DNA of 64,000 bases from Cystobasidiomycetes sp. EMM_F5 (taxonomy: Eukaryota), in the NCBI GenBank assembly GCA_051047955.1, contig JBPGPT010000001.1:62001-126000 (forward strand), read 5' to 3'. The notes under the pieces are model-generated. The model had not been told where the DNA came from, did no database searches, and saw only the letters and a program-made list of their open reading frames with translations. A program made the position numbers and the translations under genes. Shown piece by piece: positions 62,190 through 64,000 of the stretch (the stretch's first letter is position 1; each line of letters begins with the position of its first letter).

Positions 62190-64000
62190 CTAGATTTCCG
62201 GATTCCGATGGGTTTTGAAATAATTTGTGCGGAAGTCAAAGTGACCGGGCTGTCTCGAGTCCGCGGGATCTTCGACTCGGATGCCATTTGTCGTTACGGC
62301 TTCGCGCTCTTTCTCCATGGTAATCAGCTGACATCGGATAAGGTTAAGTTGGTCTTCCTGCGACATAAGCGAATCGTACACTTACACGACGAGACCATTT
62401 TCCAAATTTCTGTTCCGAGTTTGCTATGAGTCGTAAACCCTGTAGTTGCGGCACATCTGAGTCCTTGTATATTGCGGTAATCGTGGGAAGCCAGTAAACC
62501 TGTCGGGCAGTAATATAAGTCTTGGCGCTGACAGCGATCAATGCTCTCCTGCACCGTACCAGGCGTCCACCTGGCCTAAGAAGCAGCAAAGCTTGTTTGA
62601 GCAGCTCCACCAATACTTCGGACATCTCCCATGTTCTCGACGGCGGGACAAAATCCGAGCGTCTGTATGGGAGATGTAAGCACATCCGTGGTATCGCGAC
62701 GGGAGAGGATCTCACTGATGGGAGAACGTTCCATCAGGCATTTGATAAGGTCCATCTCGGGCTTTGTCTTCAACCTTCCTCCCTAATCGCTTCGCACTGC
62801 AGGGTACGACTTCAGCCGGTAAGACCGACTTGTACAAACGCATGAACCGACGACTCGCGAACTCCGTATGGAGGGTCCGAGATGATCCTGGGAAAGATTG
62901 TTAGCTCAATCCGTACGACGAGTAACACGTTAATTACTTACGCATCAATAAAACCGGTCGTTCGCCATGGATTCTGTGTGATATCAAAGACGCAACAGTC
63001 GAGGAATTGTTCCGTGACTCCATATTGCGTAGCACTGTCATAGACGGATTTTCCACGTTTACCACGTATCGATCTGCGGTAAAAGACTCATTAGACACCG
63101 AATTGCTACGGCACAATGCACAAACTTCACATACCTGCCATCGATATCACTGCCAAATACGTATGCTCCGAAGTGAGCAGCTGTGTAGAGCATGGACCCG
63201 GTTCCAACGAATGGATCGTAAATAATTTTGCCAGGTCCAGCTTTGGCCATGTTGGCCATGACAAGGGAGACGCCGGCCTCCATCGACGTATTACCAATGT
63301 AGACACGCTTCTTCAGATCAAATCGATCTATCAATGCTCGTTGTCCATCGCATACCTACGAGTGTGCTCAGCGGTCAGTATCGTACGTACAGGCGTCGGG
63401 AGGTGTTTACGCACCCATCTGCCAATGAAGACGCGACGCATGTGACGATCCGTAGGGCGCCCATCTCGGTGCACTACATCAGGCCAATCTTCCAATACGT
63501 ATACTTTCATGTCTGGATCTGACATTCGAATTGGCCCTTGAAAATCCAAGAAGGCAAAGTTCTGAATCACAGATCGCTTGTGCTCAGACGTGAGGCTATT
63601 ATTGTAACTCTCGACGACAAATTTGAAAGATGTGCCCGTCATATATGGCTCGAGCAGAACGCGAGTCGCTTCGCAATTCTGGAGATTGTGGAACAGCGAG
63701 TCGTATGTCGGAGCTTGAAGATCCTTTCAGAACTTATCACGCCAGCCGTAAAATCTGACCTGACGAACCAGTTGCCCATAATTCGTATACAGCCTTCAAG
63801 AGCACACACCGGCTGCCGAGACGATGAGCTGCTTCGTCTGAGGCTATCCGGACGCGCATGAACGGGTTCTACACAAGCGTTGGTATGGAATTAGCCTTGC
63901 AGAATAGAAATGGAATTTGCCGTAATCTACATTCAGGTCGACATCTGCTTGTGTCCACGATATTTCCACATCAAGCGCCTCGCAAACTGCCTGCAGCTCT
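62190..64000 (-). CDS. TRM11: tRNA m2G10 methyltransferase catalytic subunit (5' end runs off the window)
   Basis: FDLKKRVYIGNTSME, IIYDPFVGTGS, FGSDIDGR, IISDPPYGVRE, LRPGGRL, SEQKFGKWSRR, FDFRTNYF. Confidence 0.95.

Noticed and set aside
32208..64000. RPC34, tRNA-Gly and TRM11 as a tRNA-biology cluster
   Set aside because: Separated by many unrelated genes; expected by chance in a compact genome
1..64000. Transposons, CRISPR arrays, biosynthetic gene cluster
   Set aside because: No transposase, reverse transcriptase or integrase motifs, no LTR/TIR pairs or spaced repeats, and no PKS/NRPS/terpene core gene seen

Overview
Eukaryotic, gene-dense, intron-rich fungal DNA. Short GT-AG introns of about 50-80 nt with CTRAC/CTRAY branch points and the gene families present suggest a compact basidiomycete yeast genome; the lineage is inferred, not proven. 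I reconstructed about 33 spliced protein-coding genes by hand, plus one intron-containing tRNA-Gly(GCC). No transposon, CRISPR array or rRNA is evident. Most genes are housekeeping (ATG27, RhoGEF, RPC34, CDC25-type RasGEF, U2SURP, OMA1, TRM11 and others). The most unusual items are: (1) a G-alpha-like protein that keeps its nucleotide-binding motifs but has lost the catalytic Arg/Thr/Gln; (2) a DUF1338/HglS lysine-catabolism gene preceded by two CCG-N8-CGG sites; (3) a His-rich protein built from a whole-gene tandem duplication with a duplicated intron; (4) a 12-Cys secreted peptide precursor with a symmetric Cys ladder; (5) an RPC34 whose Fe-S motif is split by 115 residues; (6) an orphan coiled-coil protein with a GW/WG-rich tail; (7) a Cu-only SOD with a Met-rich leader; (8) a HIT hydrolase ending in SKL. 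I cannot show from sequence alone that these form one coherent new system. Gene ends span introns, and exon models are manual.
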